Of a stretch of DNA of 64,000 nt, positions 52,118-64,000 are shown piece by piece (the stretch's first letter is position 1; the number at the start of each line of letters is the position of its first letter). Location: positions 85,353,411 through 85,417,410 of the forward strand of contig JAUZTB010000087.1 in NCBI GenBank assembly GCA_034780895.1, written 5' to 3'. The notes beneath the pieces were generated by a model. That model was not told the DNA's origin, did not search any database, and was given only the letters and a program-made list of their open reading frames with translations. The stretch comes from Rhynchobatus australiae. Its lineage: Eukaryota. The position numbers and the translations under genes are program-made.

Positions 52118-54504
52118 GTTTTCAGCTTTCAAACTAACTCACTGGGCAACTTACATGAAACCAAATTTATTCTGATAAAATAGAATTGGCAAATTGAAGT
52201 ACTTATAGTTTATAATCATCTTGGATTGAACTGCTTGTGGTAATATAATGCAATGCTTTTTCAAGGTATATTATTTCTTCCTTTAACTCAAGTTGTCTTA
52301 CAAAATTATGATCTGATATGCTTAATGTACAACAGTCCAGCACTGAATGGTTTGTCTGTTGTAGCATCATGTCTATAAAAATAGCTTAATTCTTTAAATT
52401 CCATCCCTATTTCCATGTTTGCATTGTTCAGTAAATTCTTAGGAGTTAGTATACCAACTCTCCCAGCTCTCCATTTCCACAAGACATGCACAATCTTGTT
52501 CCTTTAAATCGGAAGGGCTGCAGACTCTGACACTCTAACACATCAGCTAGTTGAACCCCAGTTTGGCTTGAACATGTTAAACATTACTGTATCTTGTTCC
52601 GTTTGGCTAACTTTTCTCCTACTTCACAATCATCTGGAAGCTAACTATAACCCAAGGCTGATTTCCTTCCTGTCTGTCTGGCTTATCGGCTGCAATTCAA
52701 ACTCAGAACAATTTTTAGATTTCTTTCCTTTAAAATTGAGGACTTTTCTGCTGCCTCCTTTGCTGTGTCTCTTCGACCTAATTTTTTTCCTCACTTTATG
52801 CATTTTAGCAATTATTTCCCTTCAGTCCTACTGACTTCCATCTCCATTATTCACCCCCCCCCACACACACACACTCACATTGTAGCTTCTTTCACATCCC
52901 TGCTCTCAGTCCCAACGTCATCTCGAATCTCACCTTATCTGTGAGATCCACTATCTATTCACTTTATATTTACTCTACCCTTTAGGCATAGTGATGTTTT
53001 TAATGGCAGTATTTGCTTGGATAGTTCTCATCTCTTTAAAGTACTCAGTTTGACATCTTATCTGTGAATGGCCCCTTTTCTGACTACCCATTCCTCTTTA
53101 TGATCCTTGATTGTCATGGAACAACTTTTTATTGCTATCTCTCAAATTCCTTTATTTTCCATTACTTTGGCTTCTGATGTTCACAATATCAAGTCCACCG
53201 AGACCAGAGTCACTATTGTCATGATTTATTGTCTTGACTCAGGTGAGTTATTTATCCATGTCCTAAGTAGGATGTTTATTTTAGAGCTTTATTCCTGTAT
53301 TGTCCAAGTTCATGAATTCCTACTTGTGATTCCAGTGCTAGCTGCCCAAATGCAATAATGCTTGTCCACAGCAGCTTTACTTCCCATCTGTCTAAAAGTG
53401 TTCAAATAATCTGTTCCTGGCTTCCTCCTTTTCCTTATCGCAATGATNNNNNNNNNNNNNNNNNNNNNNNNNNNNNNNNNNNNNNNNNNNNNNNNNNNNN
53501 NNNNNNNNNNNNNNNNNNNNNNNNNNNNNNNNNNNNNNNNNNNNNNNTGATACCTTTTGATGAGCTCTTATACATGCATGGGATCAGCTCCCACATGCCT
53601 GCCTGTGATGTCCAGTACTACATCAACAGCAAAGTCAGCATTTTTAGCCCCAAAGGTTCTCATGATTTGCCTGTTTCCATCATTCAGTCCAATATTATGT
53701 CAGACTGAAGTAGATTAAACAAAATGATGTGTTTCAAATTGAGCTCAAGCCCTACATCAACATGATAACTCCTGACACTGTAACGTTGCCTATCTCTGCC
53801 CCTACCTGTGTTTGCTTTTATTACCTCTTGAATTGATAGGTTCAATGATCTGCATTTGAGCATCCATATACACCTTCTGTAATTTCAATTTATCAAAAAA
53901 GAATTCACATAGGTTTAAAATGGCTGCATTTTCTCTGTGGTAACTCATCCCAAATTCAGTGTGAAAATAATGAGCTTTTTGAAATACAGCATTCACTCTT
54001 GCTTCAAATTATTGATCTGAGCCATATTTAAACTACCTCATCTTTTCTGTGATATATTCCTGAAAAATATGCAAGTTGGGTCATTTTTAACATGTGCAGT
54101 GTAGATTATAGAAATGGATATCCATTTGGGAGCACTGGCATGAGCTGGATTTAAGTCAATTTGCTTTGCACCATCAGCTGTCATTGGGAACCAGATTATT
54201 TTTATTGAGCTGGAACCATTGCAACATATTAATTGGCACANNNNNNNNNNNNNNNNNNNNNNNNNNNNNNNNNNNNNNNNNNNNNNNNNNNNNNNNNNNN
54301 NNNNNNNNNNNNNNNNNNNNNNNNNNNNNNNNNNNNNNNNGGCACAATTTTCATGTTACCTCTTGATGCACCTTGGCAAAAAGTTTACGTACTCCACATT
54401 ATGTTTGCATGTCTTATTCACCTCTGCAGGAGTCTGCAATTTTCCCGATGCTGCTGTCTCCTGCATTAGGACCTGTTCCCAGAAAAGTAAGTCTCAGAAA
54501 AACT

Positions 54505-55380
54505 TGAGCAGATTAATGAGATTAGTAGACACATAGCAGATGAAATTTAATCCACATACAGGCCATCTCCGGGTGATAAACGGGTCCCATTTTTATAGAT
54601 GTCCTTAAGTCAATTTTGTCCATGTGGGGAAAACACACAAAAATCACTCAATGTGGTAACCATACCTCCACAGTATTGTAAAGAATGGCTTCAGAAACAC
54701 ATAAGACTGATAAGAAAGAACAATTACTAAAAATGCAGAGAGAGTGGAAACTAGTTCTGCCATTCATAGGAATGAATATACAAAATTAGGTCAGACTTTT
54801 GAATTTAATAATATTATGGGAGCTTGTTTGAATGTACAGGTGTCCATAAGTCGTGTGTTCTTAACCTGGGGACAGATTGTAAATGAGAAATAAAACATTT
54901 GGCAAGACAGAGTGAGGAGAGGCAATATAAACTAAATTGTATATTTTTAAAAGGGGCTACTAATCCTGGGAATCATGCATCCAAGTTTGAATGTGGCAGG
55001 AATGATTGGTAGATCTAATGCAGGGCATACAGAAGCCAAGGTTTTCAAAGATATAAACTACAAACTTAAGGAATTTGTGCTGCACCACATTGATTAGGAC
55101 TCAGATTGAACCTCTGTCTCCAACCATTTAGGTAGCATCTGCAGCCCCAGGAAAAGATGAAGAAGAGAAACACTTGAATGATACCAGAGATAAGAAATTT
55201 CAGTTATGTAAAGGGTATAGAGAAGTATTGATTGTCCTTCATAGTTTAAAGTAACATTTTATAAAGCTATACAAAACTAAGAGAATTTGGTAGAATGAAT
55301 AAGGAAAAAGTTTCTGGTGGTGTGTGAGATCAATTATCAAAGGTTACAGATTTAAGATCAGTGGCAAGTAGGCAGAGGAA
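54505..55380 (+). mobile_element. Old CR1 LINE 3' fragment split by a MITE
   Basis: cagatgaaatttaatcca|insertion|aaatgag...catttggc reconstitutes a QMKFNP..K...HFG-like CR1 motif. Confidence 0.6.
54559..54879. mobile_element. Tc1/mariner (Tigger-like) non-autonomous DNA transposon / MITE
   Basis: TA on both flanks; imperfect TIRs CAGGCCATCTCCGGGTGATAAAC and, reverse-complemented, CAATCTGTCCCCAGGTTAAGAAC; 321 bp. Confidence 0.65.
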
Positions 55381-57239
55381 TATCAATTAATTCATGCAGA
55401 CAAAATTCATTTTGCATTGTGATATATATTATATTATGAAATGTTAACATTATAATTTATTACTGTTTAATCAAATTGAAAATATTTTGTGATAAAATTC
55501 TTAGAAAATCTTGAAACGTTCAGTGTGATTGTCATTACAGGATGATCAGTTTCACATAATTGTGTCTTCAAAATATCCTGATTTCCCATGGAATTGGTTC
55601 TGACAAGTTTGAAAATGTGAGCCAAAAAAATTGTCAGCACTTTCTTCCAGCTTTAAGATAGATTTAGCAATCCCCACTAATGTTGTTGTAAACAAATTTT
55701 AAAATGCATTAGAGCCAATTCCAAACCAGTCTTGCAGGCTCCATTATGTAATATCATTCTTGTACCAGGAACAACTGGCACTTGAGGTCAAATATCCTAC
55801 ATTAGTGGCATCTTTTCTCACAGCTCTGAGCTCAGGAAGTAGCCCTTCGAGGGTCACTCTGCAATTCAGCCAGCACTCTTTCAGCTACTGGGCTGTGTTG
55901 GCNNNNNNNNNNNNNNNNNNNNNNNNNNNNNNNNNNNNNNNNNNNNNNNNNNNNNNNNNNNNNNNNNNNNNNNNNNNNNNNNNNNNNNNNNNNNNNNNNN
56001 NNGCACATTTCCCTAAAATGTTATGATTTTTTAAAAACGAAACACTGGATGTGAGGGATCTGGTTACTGCTGGAAATCCTTGAGCTCTCCCTTGCTAAGT
56101 ACCGATAAGAGAGTGCTGGGTATATACTGCTCCACCATGGTAAACAGGATATTAGCAACCCACTTAATGCATCTGCATACTCAAGATGTCAGTGGCTTAT
56201 CCATAGCAACCAGAACTTGAAGGCCACTGGCACAGTGTGTTGCCATGAATCAGCAGGCAGCAAGTTCTGTTGCTGGAATAACAACTTTTCTTCATTTTAA
56301 TTTGATCTTAGTTTCTTTAATCATCCAGAAATTGTAGCTTCAGATGACCTTCCTTCCTCACTCATGTGATTATGTTTATTTAGTACCTGATCTCCTCATT
56401 GAAAACTTCTGATTGCTCATTCACTATTTTCCCTGGTGATCATTGCTTTCATTCCTTCTCGGCTATATTGAGTACACCTGTAAGGGCACCAGAACACCAG
56501 GCAATAGCAGACATTAAACAAGAGACCATGACCATAGTGTGTGGTTAGATACCCATTTCTACACTTCAGCCTGTTATTGTTAGAGACCAGCATTTTCCTT
56601 TAAATGGCTTTCAAGGATTGCAAGGATTGGTTACAATCATGCTTCAAGAATTGCTTTGCTGTTTTAAAGTAGGTCTTGAAGATAATGCATTTGATGTGGG
56701 TAGGCCGTTCACTTTGCAACACCATGAGGAGACTGTCAATCTTACTAAAGTGAGACTCACAAGATAAAATTGATCAGTCCTCAGTCTAGAAGTGTCATCA
56801 TGTCTCAAATCCATGTATGACTGGTCCTTCACAGGGTGCAAATTGGGTCTCTTGTCTAACAGCATACTTAACTCCAAATAGGAAACTATTGTCTTCATCC
56901 CTTAGCTCCTATCACCAGTTTGTTTCCCTTCCATGCTCACAAGGCTGGATTGCTTGGCCCATCACATGATGGCTTTTTTCCTTGCAGTACATGCCTTCCA
57001 ACAAACCTTTGTTGACCTTGATGGACTCCTTATGGATGATCTTACTGATGAAACCTGTACACCATTGGCATCAGCAGTGTGCAGGAGAGATTAGTAAAAG
57101 GGCACCTCATGAATGCCAACACTTTAGATCGACATGCTACTAGATTATGTGCATAATTGTGAGCCCCATTGTTTATGGAATATTGCTACATATAAATTGG
57201 TTGTTGTTTTTGTTACATCCTCTGACAACAGTTCCTCAG

Positions 57240-57640
57240 GTTTAAGGATAACTTGTTCCAATCCAATTCTGTGGATTCTAAGGAACTGTGGACTCTGTCC
57301 TAGATGAAAAAGATGATGCCAGGTGGTGTCAGAGGCCAGGGATGAATTGGTGAGGTTGTTACATATTTTTCAAGGAAAATTTAAAAATGTCCTTGAAGAA
57401 CTTTCTTTGCCCTCTTGGAAATCTCTTGCTATTGCAGAGCATGAAGAGCTTGCTTCAGGAACCTGGTGTCAGTTATGTGAATGATGTAGCCCTCCTAGTA
57501 TGGCTGGCTGAATGTGATTAGAGCCTTGATGATGACGATGTTGGCCTGGGAGAAGGGTGCTGATATCAGTTCACTAATCCCACCAATGGATTGGAGGATT
57601 TCACGGAGAGAGTTTTGATGGTACTTCTTCAGTGCATTTT
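57240..57640 (-). mobile_element. RTE-clade LINE 3' fragment
   Basis: Similar to 45330-45900 (ggataacttg...ttctgtggattct...; tggaggattt...ttgatggt). Confidence 0.55.
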
Positions 57641-58679
57641 AAATCATTGGAAAAAGTAACCTAAACACAAAGCTTCAGTATTGTTTGAACTAATTATTCT
57701 GAATTCCTCTAGACTATATTTCCAACTATGTTTCCTGTTTCAAAAGGGGACTTTCAACAAATGATATTTAATTCTGAAATATGTACCAGATGGATACATA
57801 TCATCATCTGCAACTGCTTTCTAAATCCACCAAGGTCTGAAATATTTCACTTTGGCCTTGGGCTCAATTCCAAAGCATGAAAAGATATTGGTCGGAAATG
57901 GAGAAGATTTGGTTGTTTTTTGGTTGCACCAATTGACAAGATAATCACATTGAGAAGGGGTATTCTTTAATTAAAATATTATGTAACATAATCCCTAATT
58001 TTGAATCCTAACACCAAGACATTTGAACATTGAAAATAGATTTCTTTAATTCAAAGACAATGCAGTTTCTGTTTTTTGTTTCATTTTAANNNNNNNNNNN
58101 NNNNNNNNNNNNNNNNNNNNNNNNNNNNNNNNNNNNNNNNNNNNNNNNNNNNNNNNNNNNNNNNNNNNNNNNNNNNNNNNNNNNNNNNNNNNNNNNNNNN
58201 NNNNNNNNNNNNNNNNNNNNNNNNNNNNNNNNNNNNNNNNNNNNNNNNNNNNNNNNNNNNNNNNNNNNNNNNNNNNNNNNNNGTAAGCATTCAGATTTAA
58301 ACTTAAGCCTGACAAAAAAATGTTTCTGCTGAAGCTATTTTCTTCTCTTTATGAACCAAGCACAGTAATCATATTTTTGAATAGATGTTTAAGATATTTA
58401 AGATATCAGTTATGTTAATTAATTCTTCAGTTGTAAATTATGTTGATAATATGCAATGAATTGATTACAGAGACATGAGACTGCAGATGAATTGATTATG
58501 TTATTCATAGGTTTTAAAAAGTTGTGGATTATGTCCATTTTCTTTGAAGCATGTTAAATTAGATTATTACTACAAATGGTCTGCACCTTGATTTATTGTG
58601 TTATGTACTTAGTAATTTTAATGGTTTCAGCTGCTCTTTATTTCTATTTCCTATCTAAAGAATACTTCTTTCTTTCCAG

Positions 58680-58718
58680 CTGGATTACAGATGAACATGT
58701 TGTCTGGAGATTTGGCAT
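58680..58718 (+). CDS. Exon E of the 7TM receptor, ECL2: (C)WITDEHVVWRFG(I)
   Basis: ...tctttccag acceptor; GCAT|gtaagt donor; 39 nt, phase 2-2; completes the WCWI motif across the junction with exon D. Confidence 0.9.
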
Positions 58719-59171
58719 GTAAGTATACTTCAAGTCATTCAAGCCTGTTAATAAAATCAAACTTTCCTCTGTCGAAGCATCTTTGTTGTGCCTTTGGTTG
58801 GATATCAAATAAGCCCTTATCAGGCAAACATGATGGAAATGGTAAAGTCAAAAGGGACGATTGTGTGAATNNNNNNNNNNNNNNNNNNNNNNNNNNNNNN
58901 NNNNNNNNNNNNNNNNNNNNNNNNNNNNNNNNNNNNNNNNNNNNNNNNNNNNNNNNNNNNNNNNNNNNNNAAGCCCTTATCAGGCAAACATGATTGAGAT
59001 GGTAAAGTCAAAAGGGACGATTGTGTGAATCAAATTGTTATGGTTTTGAGGTTTGGATAATAAGAGACTCAGAGGGTGTGGCAATGTAACACCCTGAGTA
59101 GTTGCCATGGTAAGTGCTTTCTAAAATAATCTCGAGTTAAACAATAAGTAATATTTAGTATTAAAGGGTCA

Positions 59172-59297
59172 CAAGCAGGTTTAGAAGGTTATGGGCCAAA
59201 TGGTGGCAAATGGGACTAAGTTAGATGGGCATCTTGGCCGGCATGGACCAATTGGGCCGAAGGGCCTGTTTTCGTGCTGAATGATTCTATGACTCAT
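59172..59297 (+). mobile_element. CR1 3' tail fragment
   Basis: gttatgggccaaat...gggccgaagggcctgttttcgtgctgaatgattctatgactc. Confidence 0.75.
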
Positions 59298-61040
59298 TAA
59301 CATTCTCTTTTCTCCCAATCTTTATCTTTGGATAGTCATCTTAATGTACTCTTACTCATCAAATATAGCATTATAAAAATAACATGGGCATATTTTATTT
59401 ATTTTAAGTAGAACTTGTCATACTTTAGCATTGAAGTTTAATGAAATAATTGCCCTTAAAGAACCACATCCCTTAAAAATCCTCATATGTAAATGATGTA
59501 TGCTCCGTATTTCACTGCCACCCCTCAAAATGTTTTTGAATGATGCTTTTTGCAGAGGGCATACTTATATTTCATATTAAAAATGGCGAATGGTCCCAAG
59601 ATGCCAAAAGTTGTGCTCCAGTGTAGTGTAGTAAACAAAACAGCCTGGAATTTACTCAAAAACTTATGCTATGACAATGTTGTAAACCTGTTACCTGATG
59701 GAGAAGGAAAGTGAATTAAGCCAAATTCCTTGGACTCTCATCCTGCTTCCTGGGGCTCTTCCAATAACCCACCATGATTTATCAAATTGCTTCACACCCA
59801 TTCAAAATGATGGTGATTGTAAAATTTCCAAGATTGAAACTGATTTTCTTGCATTGCCCTGTTTTGCCTGGGTTTTTTGTTTATATGTCTCAACATGACA
59901 TCTTAAATATTCCTGACTGGGCACCCATGAACATTTGAAGCTGATACTTTTTTGTAATCCCATTTCATTGTTTGGATGCATAGAATGATGGATGTTAATA
60001 TTAAAACAGAAAATATGTGAGTACCTCAGTTGTTGATATTCAATCTTAATTCCACCTCCATTGACCACAAGATCTTTCCTACAAAGCATTAAGATCATTA
60101 CAAAGCATAAAGATCATTACTTATGCTCTCCTTCCCTTTCCCAAATCCAGCGAAGCTGCTTGAGAACCAGGCAGTTGTGATTTTATTTTCTTTGGAGGAT
60201 TCCCTTATTTCCAGTCATCATAGGCAATATAAAGATGAATTTGAGGAATTCAGGCCTAGATGTGGAGCCTTTTTCACCATATGTGCCTGTACTTTCTCTC
60301 CTTCATCGTGTTCAGATGCAAAAGAGTTCTCAAAGCCTGACAAGTGAGTGGTTATGGAATAGATCACTGCAGCTTCTGAAGGATATCATTAGGGATGAAT
60401 AGTAAGCTTGATGTGCATTTCAGATGCATCTTCGGAAATTCTAGAATACCAATCAAATATCAGGGTCCTTCCAGCTGTTTGTAGGATTAGGCTGATGTCT
60501 CTGGGCAGGTTCCGTTGCTGAGGGGAGGTGCAATGAGGATCACTTTTCTCCACCATAATTGAGATGACTATTGAAATTCTCATCATGCTTTACATGCCTG
60601 GGTCAGTTGTCATAATACCTGTCTTCAGTTGACTCCATAATAATTCAAGTGGGTTGCACAATATGTTTCTGGCAAGAACATGGATACGTTAAGGAATCCC
60701 AAGAGGAAATACCAGATGACAGATCCAATGTGGTCTCTAGTCACATTTAGTCAGAAAGATCTCTCACCAACAAACCTGTGCTGAATATCACTGATCAATC
60801 CCTGTGTTTCCATTCATGCCCTTCAGAATTTTCTCCAGTACAGTATACTCTGAACCATCAGGCATCCATGGAATGCCAGTTGCATGAGAAAAAAAACATT
60901 ATTGTATATCACACACTGGTATTCTATGGCTAAACCTTTAAATAAATTGCTGAACTACATGTCATCTCCTTACCCCTTTAAATAACAATGTTTTACACTG
61001 CACTCTGTACTTTAAAGCTAATGTAAAATATAGCAAAAAT

Positions 61041-61400
61041 TGTACCGTATGGACAAACCATATAGAGAATGTGGTGAATGCACATGCGTGCACCTGTGTG
61101 CATGCCAGTCAGTCAATCGTCCAGTGGATCGATGGCGTGAATGTGACAGTACGCATTTGCGAGCCTATGTACATGTGTGCACTGGCTGGCCGATCGCTCA
61201 GCAGAACAACCACGCCNNNNAACCACGCCCTCTGACGTGTGTAATTTCACTTTTGGCACGGGACTTTGAGGACTTGCGCGCTTTTAGGTCTCCGCAGACC
61301 TTCTTGTGGATCTACAACTGTTCTGTATTTTGCTCAATATGAATCAGTAAAGATGTTTATTCTACCGCACTAGTCATTCTTGCTCCGTGCATACGTAACA
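61041..61400 (+). mobile_element. Solo LTR related to the Gypsy element at 48.4-52.1 kb
   Basis: TGTACCGTATG...CATACGTAACA (9/11 inverted termini); flanks AAAAT/AAACT (4/5 TSD); shares tttattctac..., tgctccgtgcatac and cacctgtgtgc with the Gypsy LTRs. Confidence 0.85.
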
Positions 61401-61921
61401 AAACTAAACTAGATGAATGACTGAACTCATCATTGCATGAAGTGCCAAATCTTCAAAGAATGTTGCTACCTATCAGCTTACAACTGCACTGCCCTTATGT
61501 ATAAACTTAAATAAACTAAAAATATCTTTTCACACTTATTTTGCTAATACCTGAAATACAATTTGCTGTTTTGGTTTATTTTAATTAAAACAAAATGTTG
61601 CCATTTGCATGAGAACTCTGGATGCATGAATGCCAGATAAACGCGAGCTTACTGTAATGTCCCTACCACTAACACTAGGCTAACTTCCTTTAATTACCTG
61701 ACTTATCCTTGCCACCCTTCTTGAATAAAGGGACCACATTTTCTGTCTTCCAGTTATCTGGCCCCTCACTTGTGACTATGTATTCTCATGGTACTATTTT
61801 AAGAANNNNNNNNNNNNNNNNNNNNNNNNNNNNNNNNNNNNNNNNNNNNNNNNNNNNNNNNNNNNNNNNNNNNNNNNNNNNNNNNNNNNNNNNNNNNNNN
61901 NNNNNCCCTCACTTGTGACTA

Positions 61922-62130
61922 GGTATTCTCATGGTACTATTTTAAGAAGAGGGGAGGAGTTATTCCAGTGTCTTGGCCAATATATATCTTGGTCAATCAA
62001 CCTCACAAAACAAACTATCTGTTCACTGTTTGTAATTATGCTGTTTGTGGGTGATTCTGAGAACAAATTGATTTTTGTGTTTCTTTGTAAAGCCCTTTTG
62101 GGTGTCCTCAAGTTGTGAAGGTGCTGTATT
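61922..62130 (+). mobile_element. Deu-domain SINE (SacSINE/AmnSINE-like) with L2-type tail
   Basis: catggtactatttt.agaagagg...gtgtcttggccaatat...caatcaac...tgctgtttgtggg; tail tgtaaagcccttttggg...tgaaggtgctgtat. Confidence 0.7.
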
Positions 62131-62686
62131 TTTACTTTCTCCTTTTCTGTTTTTCAAACTACTTCACTGACTTCGAAGTCGCTATCTATTACTACTTAAG
62201 TCAGTAGGTTCTTGTTTAAAAAGTATATTTTAGGAATATTGTTGCATTAATGCTGAAACCATATATGCTATGTGCTGAAGTCCTGCATATATTTTTTCAT
62301 TAGACAGTAAAGAGAATTTAGAATGCTCTTTCTGTAAACAAAGGCAGAAGTTAATTGTGGTAGCATATTAGATGTGTCCCTGGTAATATTTTGTTCTATT
62401 GTTTTCCTTTTACTTAAATATGACCTGAATTGTATATCTTTGCATCTTGTATTCACAGGCTTAAAACATTTAAAATCCTATGTATTTTATTGCATATAAC
62501 ATACTCTTCATTTTTGAGCCTCCCAAACTTTATTCATGATATGATAGTGATAAAATATGGATTCTCCCTGGATCTTCAATGTAGTGGTTAGTAGTTGTTA
62601 CTGTTTAAGAAAAATGTAATGCCCTTTTCAGTAGAAAAACAATGCTGCAAACTGTCATGTTGATTTTGTTCACTTAATTTTTGCAG

Positions 62687-62765
62687 CTGGTACATCCCAT
62701 TGTTTGTCCTCATCTTTTTGATGATGTCCTGCTACATTCACATATTTTATGTGGCCAAACAGAGG
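62687..62765 (+). CDS. Exon F of the 7TM receptor, TM5: (I)WYIPLFVLIFLMMSCYIHIFYVAKQR
   Basis: ...tttttgcag acceptor; AGG|gtaagc donor; 79 nt, phase 2-0; hydrophobic helix followed by basic residues. Confidence 0.92.
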
Positions 62766-64000
62766 GTAAGCATCCAGATTTAAACTCCTGAAAAAAAAGT
62801 CTGACAAAAAAAGAATAATGTTCAACATGTTTGATTGCTTCTATTTGAATCTATCTTCTCTCTGTATAAGTAGTTGATCAAGATGTTTTGTTAGTGGTGC
62901 AAGTTAATTCTTCAGCCATCAACTAATTTAGTGTAATGGATATCATTTGAAATGAATTGGTGGTGTTTTATTACTTTCTGAGGAAAAAAACTGGATCATA
63001 ACAATTATATACAGTATGTAAAATTGGATATTTACTATAAGTATTCTGCATCTTGCACAGGAATCCCTCTCCCTGGCAACCATAAGAAACAGAACCAGAA
63101 TCTTTGTGTTAAATCTGTCCCTGCAATAAGCTTCAAACCACATATCCAGAGTATCACTGAAAATGCTTGTTTCCACAGATGTAAATTGCAGAGACAAAAT
63201 AGAAGCACTTACATTTTGCATAGTATACCACCTGCCATGATACAAAGTGATCAGTCATAGTTAGGTTTATGGCTTCCCTTTGTTTTCTAAATCCCAGATC
63301 CAGGGTTTCTCCTTCAGAGTGTTAGTCCTGGATTCTCTCAGCGATCCCAAATCCTTGTATTGTTCTGGGGTTCGGTAAGGAGTGAAATCTTGTTTCCAAG
63401 ACCCATTTCCCTCCTGTTCCTTCTGTTTTCTTCCAATGAAATAGCATCACATCTTTATTCCAGTCCAGGTCCAACCCATTTTGTGCATTTTCATCCTGTT
63501 GCAGTTGAACTGTTGCCTGTCCATTTTTCATTTGTATAGCATCCTTGTTATTGGTATTGAGTGAATCAGGCACAGAAGAACATGGAATTGATTGCTTCTG
63601 ATAGTTTACCCACATGTTATTGTGACCAAGTATATAGGTATTTTGCTGTCTTAACCTAGGCCTCTAGTTATCTCTTATCGCCATAGTAACAGCTAGCTCT
63701 TCTGCCCAATGTTAGAGGCCATGGATGCCATGGCAGATGTTTTAGAGTGGACCCATTATTTCTTATCTCACTACAAACAGATGGCTGCTGTCTTATTGTT
63801 TTCAATTTATTAGGCCTTTGAGACCCAGCGAAGCCAGGCAATTCCCCAATGAGATTAATGAGAATGAGAGTATGTTACTCTGCAGCATGGTTCCTTGATA
63901 TCATGATGATCTGTAGTTATGTCTATTTCACAGTTTAATCACCACTAATGGCTTCTCAAAACAGTTCCTGATTGATAAGTCTGTGATCAGTCAATCAATA

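Noticed and set aside
18726-58993. ORF-track entries 18726-18923, 44462-44695 and 58691-58993 overlapping the real exons
   Set aside because: They are in other reading frames; the coding frame appears only after splicing.
1932-61918. ORFs containing long X runs, e.g. 1932-2570, 39398-39805, 43718-44365, 58046-58315
   Set aside because: They are open only because they cross N gaps.
3045-61947. Short direct repeats on both sides of 100-N gaps (3045/3165, 12228/12345, 48262/48391, 58811/58971, 61762/61906)
   Set aside because: Pattern of overlapping contig ends or alternate haplotypes joined by a fixed-size gap; assembly artefact, not TSDs or arrays.

Overview
AT-rich, gap-containing vertebrate genomic DNA. 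The repeat content (CR1 LINEs, V-SINEs, Deu-domain SINEs, Penelope-like GIY-YIG fragments, Rex/Babar, RTE) points to a cartilaginous fish; this is an inference. Nearly the whole window lies inside one plus-strand gene that the ORF track misses. Six short exons (786-842, 3986-4046, 18782-18869, 44562-44651, 58680-58718, 62687-62765) have canonical AG/GT ends and matching phases. They splice into a stop-free 138-codon frame covering about TM2-TM5 of a 7TM receptor resembling the Dictyostelium cAMP-receptor / plant GCR1 group (class E-like). The start and end of the gene lie outside the window. The introns hold a decayed Gypsy (Mag-like) LTR element, a related solo LTR, many LINE/SINE fragments, a Tc1/mariner-type MITE nested in a CR1, and Penelope terminal repeats with relic hammerhead-ribozyme cores. 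There are no prokaryotic features, CRISPR arrays or intact tRNA/rRNA genes. Exon coordinates were counted base by base; repeat boundaries are approximate and family names come from recalled motifs, not database searches.
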